A DNA stretch of 64,000 nt from positions 1,107 through 65,106 of the IMG/VR virus record IMGVR_UViG_3300034082_003278; one strand, 5' to 3'. Made by a program: the position numbers and the translations under genes. Source of the stretch: a virus. Taxonomy: Duplodnaviria; Caudoviricetes. Under the pieces are notes generated by a model. That model did no database searches. It had not been told where the DNA came from and saw only the letters and a list, made by a program, of their open reading frames with translations. Shown here piece by piece: positions 1 through 9,067 of the stretch. Each line of letters starts with the position of its first letter. Positions within the stretch are counted from its first letter, which is position 1.

Positions 1-1
1 A

Positions 2-301
2 TCGGCAGATTATGCCAAATACTTTTTACCTTTTAATCGATTGTTACGCGACATCGGACCCAGCAGTGCACCAATGAAAACAGCCAGCACAATTCGAATA
101 CAACATCCGTGGTTAAATATAGTGACCACACGCGGTGATAGTCCTTGGATTATACAACCCAATGATGGAGTAGTGACCATAAACAGCATGAGGCATAGAT
201 CCGAAATGCAGCTCGAAGAATTATACATCAACCATTACGAAGTAGTAATGAGCCCAAAAACAGTTGATATCATCAAAGAGTTCGTGTATAATATTAAATA
301 G
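2..301 (+). CDS. 5'-truncated ORF, probable C-terminus of a small alpha/beta-hydrolase-like protein
   Basis: Frame is open from the window edge. NDGVV...NHYEV resembles the Asp/His region of lipase/esterase folds. Confidence 0.45.
   Translation, partial: SADYAKYFLPFNRLLRDIGPSSAPMKTASTIRIQHPWLNIVTTRGDSPWIIQPNDGVVTINSMRHRSEMQLEELYINHYEVVMSPKTVDIIKEFVYNIK
295..300 (+). promoter_or_regulatory. T4-like late promoter (TAAATA)
   Basis: TAAATA upstream of the AGGAGG SD and GTG start at 325. The motif recurs before structural genes. Confidence 0.5.
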
Positions 302-324
302 TAATATATCCCAGGAGGACTATT

Positions 325-663
325 GTGAAACGAATTATTCTTGCAATTACTTTATCCATTTTTATGATCGGAACTGCACAAGCCGGTGGTTACGGTCGCG
401 GTTACAACAACAACTACAATTACAATCGTGGCTATAACAATGCCTGGGCTTGGGGCGGAGCAGCCTTTTTGGGCGGAGCCATTATTGGTGGAGCACTCAC
501 ATACGGAGCAAGACCTTACTACGCACCTCCTCCGGTATACTATGCACCTCCACCGCCGGTTTATATACCACCGCCGGTATACTACGCACCTCCCAACACC
601 TATGTGGATCCCAATCCAGCACCAGTGTTGTACTGGGATAGTATGTGTCAATGTTATAGATAA
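325..663 (+). CDS. Secreted Pro/Tyr-rich protein with glycine-zipper-like segment
   Basis: Signal peptide (AQA), Asn/Tyr tract, GAAFLGGAIIGGAL, YYAPPP repeats and a strong SD. Confidence 0.75.
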   Translation: MKRIILAITLSIFMIGTAQAGGYGRGYNNNYNYNRGYNNAWAWGGAAFLGGAIIGGALTYGARPYYAPPPVYYAPPPPVYIPPPVYYAPPNTYVDPNPAPVLYWDSMCQCYR

Positions 664-664
664 T

Positions 665-1264
665 ATGAATCCTGATTTAATGCGTAAATACGCCAACATT
701 ATTAACGAAGCTGCATCGGCAGTAATTGGTCCTTTTAAATTGATAATGATCAAGGACGGAATGATGCATCTTGACGGGCATGCTCCGGTTCAATTAGGAT
801 CCAACGTCAAAGACACATTAAAGCCGGGATACAACTATGCATTTGAATTGTCAGACGGAGTAGCTGCAAAAGTTATCTTAATGGTAGCAGACATTGTAGT
901 ACATACTGACACAGAAGTTTTAATGATTAAGCGCAAGAACAATCCTTATGCAGGGCATTGGGCATTACCAGGCGGCTTCATTGATCCAGGCGAAACTCCA
1001 GCGCAAGCAGCAATACGTGAGCTACAAGAAGAAGCAGGATTACATGTTGACCATGCAACCTTTGTAGGAGAGTTTCGCGAACCTGGGCGAGATCCAAGGA
1101 TGGAACATACCTGGAGTTGGGCATATAGTGTACACGTAGCCGACAAAACAAAAACAACAGCAGGTGACGATGCAAGTGCAACAGCATGGATTCCTATAAA
1201 CAAGTTGGGAAAGATGCAATTGGCATTTGATCATGCAGCTATTTTACAAAAGGCATTATCATGA
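665..1264 (+). CDS. Nudix hydrolase (ADP-ribose pyrophosphatase-like) with N-terminal extension
   Basis: Nudix box GGFIDPGETPAQAAIRELQEEAG, plus DPR, AGDDA and LAFDH motifs. The ATG at 665 follows the upstream stop. Confidence 0.9.
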   Translation: MNPDLMRKYANIINEAASAVIGPFKLIMIKDGMMHLDGHAPVQLGSNVKDTLKPGYNYAFELSDGVAAKVILMVADIVVHTDTEVLMIKRKNNPYAGHWALPGGFIDPGETPAQAAIRELQEEAGLHVDHATFVGEFREPGRDPRMEHTWSWAYSVHVADKTKTTAGDDASATAWIPINKLGKMQLAFDHAAILQKALS

Positions 1265-1737
1265 ATCCAGAATTTTTTAGAAAATATGCAGATCTTATTA
1301 CCGAGGCAGAGCAGGTTGCCATTGATGACAATTGGTTTAAACAAGGGTCATTTAAAACTTTTAAAAAAGCAGCACCAGTAAAGTATCAAGTTGCACAACA
1401 GCCCGGCACAGTAAAAACATTAGAAGGTCCTGTAAAATACGCAGCTGGACATTATATTATGACCGGTCCCAAGGGAGAAAACTATCCCATTGCTCCTGAG
1501 AAGTTTGCTACTTTATATGATGACAATGGCGACGGTACAGCTACTCCTAAGAAAATTATTAAGCTGGCTAAGTTAGCAGACCACGACGGTGTGTTACACA
1601 CTAGTTGGGGAGATTTGAATTACACAGCAGGAAATGATTATATTGTACGACACGGTACTGGTGATTATGGCGCAGTAAAGAAAGACATATTTGCACAGAC
1701 ATACGACACAGGTGGAATAAATGGCATACAGCGATAA
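1261..1737 (+). CDS. PGDYG-family protein
   Basis: Two internal repeats (TLEG..GHYIMTGPKGENYPI...FATLY and GNDYIVRHGTGDYGAVKKDIFAQTY). Confidence 0.7.
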   Translation: MNPEFFRKYADLITEAEQVAIDDNWFKQGSFKTFKKAAPVKYQVAQQPGTVKTLEGPVKYAAGHYIMTGPKGENYPIAPEKFATLYDDNGDGTATPKKIIKLAKLADHDGVLHTSWGDLNYTAGNDYIVRHGTGDYGAVKKDIFAQTYDTGGINGIQR

Positions 1738-2107
1738 AGTATTAGATCACTACGAGAACCCACGCAACGTTGGATCGTTTGACAAAAGTGATCCAGATGT
1801 AGCAACCGGTATGGTAGGAGCACCGGCCTGCGGTGACGTAATGAAATTACAAATAAAGGTTCTGGATGGCATTATTACGGATGCAAAGTTCAAAACATAT
1901 GGTTGCGGCTCAGCGATTGCGTCGTCAAGCCTGGTTACTGAATGGGTCAAAGGAAAAACTCTCGACGAAGCAGCAACAATTAGAAATACTGACATTGCTC
2001 AAGAACTGGCTTTACCACCGGTAAAAATTCACTGTAGTATTTTAGCCGAAGACGCCATTAAAGCAGCCATTGCAAACTACAGAGAAAAGCATGATAACAA
2101 TAACTGA
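1721..2107 (+). CDS. iscU: Fe-S cluster scaffold IscU
   Basis: MAYSDKVLDHYENPRNVG, APACGD, GCGSAIASSS and LPPVKIHC motifs. Confidence 0.97.
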   Translation: MAYSDKVLDHYENPRNVGSFDKSDPDVATGMVGAPACGDVMKLQIKVLDGIITDAKFKTYGCGSAIASSSLVTEWVKGKTLDEAATIRNTDIAQELALPPVKIHCSILAEDAIKAAIANYREKHDNNN

Positions 2108-2417
2108 AACTGCCGCACGTAAAATTGTCAGCAATATTGCCAAACGTGGCTCAGGAGTAGGCATTCGTGTTGGAGTCAAGACCACTGGCTGTAGCGGATT
2201 AGCTTATGTATTGGAGTACTTGGATCAAGCACCGTGTACTTGGGATTGGACAGAGTACGAAAAGGATGGAGCGCGAGTCTGGGTAACAGGAAAAGACTTG
2301 GTATACTTAAACGGTCTCACTATCGATTATACACGTCAGGGTCTCAACGAAGGATTTGACTTTCGAAACCCGCAAGAAGCTGCACGTTGCGGATGTGGAG
2401 AGAGCTTTACTATATAA
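2091..2417 (+). CDS. iscA: A-type Fe-S carrier IscA
   Basis: TTGCSGLAY and CGCGESF motifs; adjacent to iscU. Confidence 0.95.
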   Translation: MITITETAARKIVSNIAKRGSGVGIRVGVKTTGCSGLAYVLEYLDQAPCTWDWTEYEKDGARVWVTGKDLVYLNGLTIDYTRQGLNEGFDFRNPQEAARCGCGESFTI

Positions 2418-2418
2418 A

Positions 2419-3414
2419 ATGTATTTTCAAGACAATGAGTTATTTAAGAAATACTATTATGTAAATGCTGGAGAATTTGCACATTTATTGACCATTTATA
2501 AATCGCCGGACAAACTGCCAGGATACACAGGTAAAAAGTCTATTATTATAAATGCTGCAAATGACCCCTGGGGACTTGAGTGGATCAAAGATATTGCCAT
2601 TGCTTGCAAACCTTACGGAGTAGTGTCGGCTATACTAATCAATGACAAAAAATTTGCCGACGAAAATCAAGCCTTGAATTTTAGATTTTTTCCAATTTGG
2701 GGATATAGATACAGCCAGCAGATACAGGAATATGCCGATAGAGATTTCTTTTCTAATACTCGTTCTACTCGAGTATCCTGTCTCAACCGAATTCCCAAGC
2801 TACACAGGGCCTACACTTACTACTTACTAAAACAATTGCCCTGGTACAGCGATATCTTTTTAAGCTTTTATGGATTAAAATCCGGCGATAGATTAACTTC
2901 AAACCCAGTCGAAGTAACTATGTCTCAAATTGAATCAAAATTAGGATCAAGAGTTGCTAATTTTTTTGCAAGTGAGATAAGAAATTTTCCAATAACACAA
3001 GAGTCAAACTATCAATGGACAATCTGTCATAGTGCCAACACTCCGGCATATACTGACTGCTATAGTAATATCTGTACAGAAAGTAGCTACGAACGTTTTT
3101 GTCCTACCGAAAAAACATTTAAGTGTATTGCAACAGGCACCTTAATTTTTCCTGTATCGTGTGTTAATTTTATTTCTTCAATGGCAAACATGGAATTAGA
3201 TATTAGTTATACAGGTATGGATTTGTCTGCTATTGATTCTGTTGTTAAGTGGAGAGAAAGGACACGATTAACCATAGATTTATTGGATAAATTGTATTAC
3301 AACATAGAAGACATCTGGCAATCCAACAAAGAGCAATTACGACATAACCAACAAATTCTACAGTCTAAGCAGCTAGAGAAAAATATATTAAAAAATATAC
3401 AAGACCACTTATGA
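2419..3414 (+). CDS. AT-rich hypothetical protein, glycosyltransferase-like
   Basis: LNR..K.HR and TES...PTEKTFKCIATG motifs resemble the GT-B (GT10-like TEK) C-terminus; related to 31760-33037. Confidence 0.5.
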   Translation: MYFQDNELFKKYYYVNAGEFAHLLTIYKSPDKLPGYTGKKSIIINAANDPWGLEWIKDIAIACKPYGVVSAILINDKKFADENQALNFRFFPIWGYRYSQQIQEYADRDFFSNTRSTRVSCLNRIPKLHRAYTYYLLKQLPWYSDIFLSFYGLKSGDRLTSNPVEVTMSQIESKLGSRVANFFASEIRNFPITQESNYQWTICHSANTPAYTDCYSNICTESSYERFCPTEKTFKCIATGTLIFPVSCVNFISSMANMELDISYTGMDLSAIDSVVKWRERTRLTIDLLDKLYYNIEDIWQSNKEQLRHNQQILQSKQLEKNILKNIQDHL

Positions 3415-4121
3415 TAACACAACGATACGATTATACTCCCCTGGCACGAGAAACCATTGACGGCAAAAGACATTACTGTTTACCAAACGGTAAGAAAGTT
3501 CCCAGTGTTACAACAATCCTGGACAAAACTAAAAGCCAAGAAAGTCGCGAAGCTTTAGCTAACTGGAAAAAGCGTGTAGGCGAACATCAAGCACAGCAAA
3601 TTACCACAGAAGCTGCTAATCGTGGTACACGTATGCACAGCTACTTAGAAACATACGTGATGATGGATGATTTAAAACCATTGCCTAGTAACCCATTTGC
3701 ACATCCAAGTTGGTTTATGGCTGCACAAATTATTCTTAACGGACTTAATCAAGTTGATGAGTTCTGGGGTGTAGAAGTTCCTGTTTATTATAGCGGCTTG
3801 TATGCAGGTACTACAGACTGTGTGGGGCTATGGAACGGCAAGCCTGCTATTATGGACTTTAAGCAAAGCAACAAGGTTAAAAAGCGTGAATGGATTGAGG
3901 ACTACTTCCTACAGTTGGCAGCTTATGCATTGGCACACGACGAAATGACCGGTACTGAAATTAACCAAGGCGTTATTTTAATGGCTGTACAGCCTAAGTT
4001 ATTAGAAGATCAAACCTACACAACTCCCCAATATTTAGAATTTGTAGTTGCAGGAGACGAGTTTGCACACTGGAAAAACGAATGGATTAAACGTGTAGAG
4101 CTCTACTACCTATCAGCATAA
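3411..4121 (+). CDS. PD-(D/E)XK exonuclease
   Basis: PSVTTIL, RGTRMH, YAGTTD...IMDFK and QLAAYA motifs. Confidence 0.9.
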   Translation: MITQRYDYTPLARETIDGKRHYCLPNGKKVPSVTTILDKTKSQESREALANWKKRVGEHQAQQITTEAANRGTRMHSYLETYVMMDDLKPLPSNPFAHPSWFMAAQIILNGLNQVDEFWGVEVPVYYSGLYAGTTDCVGLWNGKPAIMDFKQSNKVKKREWIEDYFLQLAAYALAHDEMTGTEINQGVILMAVQPKLLEDQTYTTPQYLEFVVAGDEFAHWKNEWIKRVELYYLSA

Positions 4122-4124
4122 ATA
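4119..4124 (+). promoter_or_regulatory. Late promoter TAAATA
   Basis: Located directly upstream of the tail-spike gene. Confidence 0.6.
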
Positions 4125-4147
4125 CCTAATCAAATAGGTATACGCTA

Positions 4148-5731
4148 ATGGCCATTGTTCAAATCTCCAGAATTACCAACCGTAAAGGTCTCACAGAAAA
4201 CTTGCCACAGTTGGCTGGTGCAGAACTGGGATGGGCGGTAGACAGTCGCAGACTTTTTATTGGAAACGGCACCTTACAAGAAGGTGCGCCGGTAATTGGC
4301 AACACAGAAATTCTAACTGAATTTTCTGATATTACTGCACTCAGCAACTACACTTATTCTGACATAGCAGTTGGTTATGCTGCACAAACTGGACCTACTG
4401 CTAGTGACCCAGTTGTACGCACAGTACAAGCCAAGCTGGATGATTTTGCCAGCGTTCGGGATTTTGGTGCTGTCGGCGACGGATTAGTAGACGATACTGA
4501 AGCCATTAACCGCGCACTGTTTCAGCTGTATTGTGTGGCCAGCAACACTGCTGTTAGACGTAGCTTGTACTTTCCAGCTGGAACTTATCGCGTCACTGAA
4601 AGTATTATTATTCCCACTTTTGCAAAACTAGTGGGCGAAGGTGCTGACTGTAGTATTATATTCTTGGACACCAGTTCTGACATCAGCAGCTTGAGTGCGT
4701 ATGTGGCCAGATTTGGTGACAGCAAACAGCAAGTTGGTGCCAACATTACCAGCAACGGTGCCACAGCTCCCAGAAACATTGAAATCAGTTCCATAACTTT
4801 TCAGTCACAGGAAGAAACAGATATTTTCCTAGTTGAAGATGCGGCACAGTGCTATTTTGACAGTGTGAATTTTATTGGTCCGTTGACCCAAGAAGCGATT
4901 AGTAGCAATACGCCGTCGCCGCCAGAAATATCTTGTGTGAGATTTGCCAGTACTCCGACCTTGATCTGTAATCAAATTACTTTTGACAAGTGCCGCTTCA
5001 GTGGTATGAAATACGCATTCGAAACAGATCAGCAGGTACAAGCAGTTACTATCAGCAATGGAAAATTTGATACCTTGTATCAAGGAGTTGTGTTGGGTGC
5101 TGGAACTACAATCTTGGGAGGACCCACAGGATTCCGTATTGTACAGAACATGTTTGATTTGGTTTTTCGTGAAGGTATTTTAATTTCTGATTCAGATCTT
5201 AATGTATCAGCATACAATACATTTTACGACGTGGCTGAAGGTTATACTGGAAATCCGGTCTATCCAATTATTACATTTGCTACTGATAACAATGTGTCAC
5301 TCAGTGACATGTTTGAACGTAACGATGCTGAAGCATTGATTACCCGCCGCATTCTCATAACAGGGCAGTATGTTAGTGACACCACTGCTGTGAATCAACT
5401 GGGCCGATATGTCAGAGAAAGCGGTCACACAGTTGATCTTTTTGATAATTCGGTAAATCAAGATGTAGTTACAGTTAATAGCAGTCAAACCAAGGCATTT
5501 AGATTTGACTACACTATTGGTAGACTGGGTGCTATCAGGACTGGCACAATCACCGTGGCAGCAGATCTTGCCACTCCCACACCTGCCTACACCGACGATT
5601 ACACAGAGAATCTTCCCACTGGAGTAACGCTAGGAGTCTCAGCAGGAGGCACATCGGTGGTGATAGCTTATACCACTACTTCGACTGGGTCCGATGGAAT
5701 TTTAACTTACTCGATATCACACTTGGCCTAA
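4148..5731 (+). CDS. Tail spike/fibre protein with Mtd-N-like anchor and pectate-lyase-like beta-helix
   Basis: QLAGAELGWAVDSRRLFIGNG N-terminus and SVRDFGAVGDGLVDDTEAI..LYFPAGTY beta-helix start. Confidence 0.8.
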   Translation: MAIVQISRITNRKGLTENLPQLAGAELGWAVDSRRLFIGNGTLQEGAPVIGNTEILTEFSDITALSNYTYSDIAVGYAAQTGPTASDPVVRTVQAKLDDFASVRDFGAVGDGLVDDTEAINRALFQLYCVASNTAVRRSLYFPAGTYRVTESIIIPTFAKLVGEGADCSIIFLDTSSDISSLSAYVARFGDSKQQVGANITSNGATAPRNIEISSITFQSQEETDIFLVEDAAQCYFDSVNFIGPLTQEAISSNTPSPPEISCVRFASTPTLICNQITFDKCRFSGMKYAFETDQQVQAVTISNGKFDTLYQGVVLGAGTTILGGPTGFRIVQNMFDLVFREGILISDSDLNVSAYNTFYDVAEGYTGNPVYPIITFATDNNVSLSDMFERNDAEALITRRILITGQYVSDTTAVNQLGRYVRESGHTVDLFDNSVNQDVVTVNSSQTKAFRFDYTIGRLGAIRTGTITVAADLATPTPAYTDDYTENLPTGVTLGVSAGGTSVVIAYTTTSTGSDGILTYSISHLA

Positions 5732-6160
5732 ATGTGGGAAACCTTCTACGAAGACAGATTTGCCGACTGGGTGCGTCTTAGGCACACCATCCAGCCACTT
5801 GATCTATCAGCACAACTACTGGCCATAAACAATTGGTGGTTCTGTGCACCTATAGTGAATAAAACCATTACCTGGCCCGATCGTTTAAATTGGCCCGATC
5901 CCTGGAAACTTTTAACCAACAACGGCTATTGTGATCTTGCACGAGCATTAGGAATAGTGTATACTATAATGCTAACGGAAAATCTCAACTACACAAATTT
6001 AAAAATAATACAAATCAAAGAAGACAATTTAGTCCTGGTCGACGATGGGAAATATATATTGAATTGGGCACCCGGAGAGATGTTAAATACCCACTCAACA
6101 CCAATAACCACTGTTAAGAACACGATCGACAGTTCTGAATTAGAAAGTTTTTTACAATAA
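5732..6160 (+). CDS. Hypothetical phage protein, possibly transglutaminase-like fold
   Basis: WPDPW...YCDLARALG; abuts the upstream gene. Confidence 0.55.
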   Translation: MWETFYEDRFADWVRLRHTIQPLDLSAQLLAINNWWFCAPIVNKTITWPDRLNWPDPWKLLTNNGYCDLARALGIVYTIMLTENLNYTNLKIIQIKEDNLVLVDDGKYILNWAPGEMLNTHSTPITTVKNTIDSSELESFLQ

Positions 6161-6167
6161 GCGACAA

Positions 6168-8486
6168 ATGACAATTCAAGTACAAAAAAGAAACGGTAAT
6201 CGTGAGCCATTAAATATCGATAAATGGCAAACGCAAATTACCAAAGTCTGCAGTGGCATAGCAGATGTAAGTCAATCGATGATAGAAATCAAAAGCCAGC
6301 CGCACTTTTACGATGGCATTACTACTAAAGAAATTGACGAAATCACTTTACGTGCCATAGTTGATTTAATTGATGTAGAATCAAATCCTGATGTGGGCCA
6401 TACCAACTATCAATATGTAGCAGGCAAGCAACGTTTGTCAATGCTGCGTAAAGATGTATATGGGTACTATGTACCCCCAAACTTGTATGAAATTGTATGC
6501 AAGAATGTAGCTACTGGTGTTTATACTCCAGAACTGCTGATATGGTACACCGAAGAAGACTGGACTCGTATGGACAGTATGATCGATCACGACAAGGACG
6601 AGCAGTATGGTTATGCTGCTATCGAACAGTTAATCGAAAAGTATTTGGTACGTAATCGTACCACTAAAGAAACATACGAAACACCACAAGTGCGTTACAT
6701 GGTTGCTGCAGCCACAGTATTCCACGGCGAAGAACCCAACACAGCTCGCATGCGCTATATCAAAGAATATTACAATGCAGCCAGCGACGGGTTGTTTACT
6801 CTTGCTACTCCTGTGCTGGCAGGCTTGGGTACTCCAACAAAACAATTTAGCAGTTGTGTATTGATTCGCAGTGATGACAATCTTGATTCAATCTTTGCAT
6901 CTGGAGAAATGATGGCCAAGTATGCGGCCAAACGTGCTGGTATTGGATTAGAGATTGGCCGCTTACGCCCACTTGGTGCACCTATTCGCGGCGGCGAAAT
7001 ACAACACACCGGCATGATACCATTCTTAAAGAAATGGTTTGGCGATCTGCGTAGTTGTTCGCAAGGCGGTATTCGCAATGCATCAGCCACAGTGTTCTAT
7101 CCCATATGGCATTATCAGTTCGATGATCTTATTGTACTAAAAAACAATCAAGGCACTGAAGAAACTCGCGTTCGCTTCATGGACTACGGTGTTGTACTGA
7201 GTGCTTTCTTTTGGAGACGTTTTAAGAACAAAGAAAACATAACATTCTTTGATCCCAATGAAGTTCCTGATCTGCATCAAGCTTTTTACAGCAACACTGC
7301 AAGGTTTGAAGAACTTTATGTAAAATACGAAAAACGCAAAGACCTGCGTAAGAAAACAATCAGCGCCGAAGAAGTGTTTAAGTCAGGACTACTTAAAGAA
7401 CGAACAGACACTGGCCGTATCTATCTTGTGTTTATTGACAATGTACAGAGTCAAGGCCCTTTTGATCCTGAGTTCCACACAATCTTCCAGAGCAACCTGT
7501 GCTGTGAGATTCTATTGCCTACAGTACCGTTCCAACGCTTAGATGACGACAACGGGCGTATTGCGCTGTGTACCTTGGGTTCGCTGAACTGGGGTGCATT
7601 TCGTAATCCCGAAGACATGCGCCGAGCTGCACGTATCCTACATCGTAGCTTAAACAACATTTTGGATTACCAAGATTTCTTAAGCGTACAAAGTAAGTTA
7701 AGCAATGACGAAATACGTCCCATCGGCATTGGTATCACTAACTTGGCATATTGGCACGCCAAACGTGGATTAAAATACGGCGAGAAAGAAGCACTAGCCG
7801 AAGTCAAATCGTGGATGGAGCATCAGGCATACTACCTAACAGAAGCCACAGTTGAATTGGCTCGGGAACGTGGTCCGTGTCTACACAGTGACAAAACACG
7901 CTATGGCCAAGGTACATTTCCTTGGGAACTACGTGCCACAGGCGTCAATGAACTTGCTGACTTTACACCTGAACTCGATTGGGAAACCCTACGTACTCAA
8001 ATGAAAGAACACGGTGTACGCAATGCCACACAAATGGCCATTGCTCCTGTGGAGTCTAGTTCAGTTGTTATTAACTCAACCAACGGCATTGAGTTGCCTA
8101 TGAGCTTGATCACAGTTAAAGAATCAAAAGCAGGATCGTTAGTGCAGGTAGTACCAGAATATCAAAAGCTGAAGTCACGGTATCAACTAATGTGGGAACA
8201 ACAAGACTGCGATGGTTACCTAAAAACCGCAGCAGTGTTAGCAGCTTATGTTGATCAAAGTATTTCAACAAACACTTTTTACAATCCAGCACACTTTGCA
8301 GATCGTAAAGTACCAACTACATTGATTGCAAAGAACTTGATGCAGGCACATGTATGGGGATTGAAAACATTCTACTACAGCCTAATCAACAAACAAGGAT
8401 CCAAGGCTACAGCAGAAGATGTACCAACGATGTTAGAAGCAATTGACTTTGACGACGCAGAAGACTGCGAGGCATGTAAACTTTAA
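6168..8486 (+). CDS. nrdA: Class Ia ribonucleotide reductase alpha subunit
   Basis: ATP cone (VQKRNG), SSCVL, SNLCCEI, KTFYY and C-terminal CEACKL. Confidence 0.97.
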   Translation: MTIQVQKRNGNREPLNIDKWQTQITKVCSGIADVSQSMIEIKSQPHFYDGITTKEIDEITLRAIVDLIDVESNPDVGHTNYQYVAGKQRLSMLRKDVYGYYVPPNLYEIVCKNVATGVYTPELLIWYTEEDWTRMDSMIDHDKDEQYGYAAIEQLIEKYLVRNRTTKETYETPQVRYMVAAATVFHGEEPNTARMRYIKEYYNAASDGLFTLATPVLAGLGTPTKQFSSCVLIRSDDNLDSIFASGEMMAKYAAKRAGIGLEIGRLRPLGAPIRGGEIQHTGMIPFLKKWFGDLRSCSQGGIRNASATVFYPIWHYQFDDLIVLKNNQGTEETRVRFMDYGVVLSAFFWRRFKNKENITFFDPNEVPDLHQAFYSNTARFEELYVKYEKRKDLRKKTISAEEVFKSGLLKERTDTGRIYLVFIDNVQSQGPFDPEFHTIFQSNLCCEILLPTVPFQRLDDDNGRIALCTLGSLNWGAFRNPEDMRRAARILHRSLNNILDYQDFLSVQSKLSNDEIRPIGIGITNLAYWHAKRGLKYGEKEALAEVKSWMEHQAYYLTEATVELARERGPCLHSDKTRYGQGTFPWELRATGVNELADFTPELDWETLRTQMKEHGVRNATQMAIAPVESSSVVINSTNGIELPMSLITVKESKAGSLVQVVPEYQKLKSRYQLMWEQQDCDGYLKTAAVLAAYVDQSISTNTFYNPAHFADRKVPTTLIAKNLMQAHVWGLKTFYYSLINKQGSKATAEDVPTMLEAIDFDDAEDCEACKL

Positions 8487-8498
8487 AAGGAAATATAA

Positions 8499-9065
8499 AT
8501 GAAAAAATTATTACTAGTACTACTGGCAACAGTGACATTTAGTGTGCAGTCCAAAGATACTGCTGGTATTACAGTGTGCAACGGTGAATATGCTTTGTGT
8601 GCGGCCAGCACTTGTAAGCCCACAGGTAAAACAATCACAGGTAACAATGGTGTTCCTTATCCAGAAGTAGTGTGTCGATGTCCTATTCTCAATGGTCATG
8701 CCATTGCTGATACCACAGCAGGCAATATGAAAGGATCCTGCGCACCAACGGATAGTAAACACGTATGGAGTTTGTTTGCCCCTAAGGTATATTATCCACA
8801 AGAAGCCAGCGGATTCAGCAAGAAACCCGAAGACATGCGAGCAGTGGTGCAAAAGTGTGATGCCAGCTTGAATCTTGGTGCCAAGTCCAGCAACTGTTTT
8901 AGTTGGAACTGTGTCAAAGGTGCTGACGGTATAGCTGTATGTTCATGCCCTACTGGTCAAGTTCCGGCAGCAACTACATTCTTAACTGAAGCCGGTCAAG
9001 GAAATCCCGACGCCTGTGCGCAATACCCTGTCAGCTTGCCTATACAGAACCCACCTGGTAACTAA
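8499..9065 (+). CDS. Secreted cysteine-rich protein (12 Cys)
   Basis: Signal peptide MKKLLLVLLA..., 12 cysteines in the mature part, AAGG SD. Confidence 0.75.
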   Translation: MKKLLLVLLATVTFSVQSKDTAGITVCNGEYALCAASTCKPTGKTITGNNGVPYPEVVCRCPILNGHAIADTTAGNMKGSCAPTDSKHVWSLFAPKVYYPQEASGFSKKPEDMRAVVQKCDASLNLGAKSSNCFSWNCVKGADGIAVCSCPTGQVPAATTFLTEAGQGNPDACAQYPVSLPIQNPPGN

Positions 9066-9067
9066 TA

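Noticed and set aside
386-664. N-terminal extension of the Nudix ORF given in the track (386-1264)
   Set aside because: It overlaps the well-supported 325-663 gene. ATG 665 gives a leader matching that of the next gene.
3411-4121. Cas4/CRISPR adaptation module
   Set aside because: It is a stand-alone phage PD-(D/E)XK exonuclease without the Cas4 Cys cluster, and there are no cas genes or array.
4148-5731. Diversity-generating retroelement target (Mtd-like N-terminus)
   Set aside because: No reverse transcriptase or TR/VR repeat pair was seen in the window.
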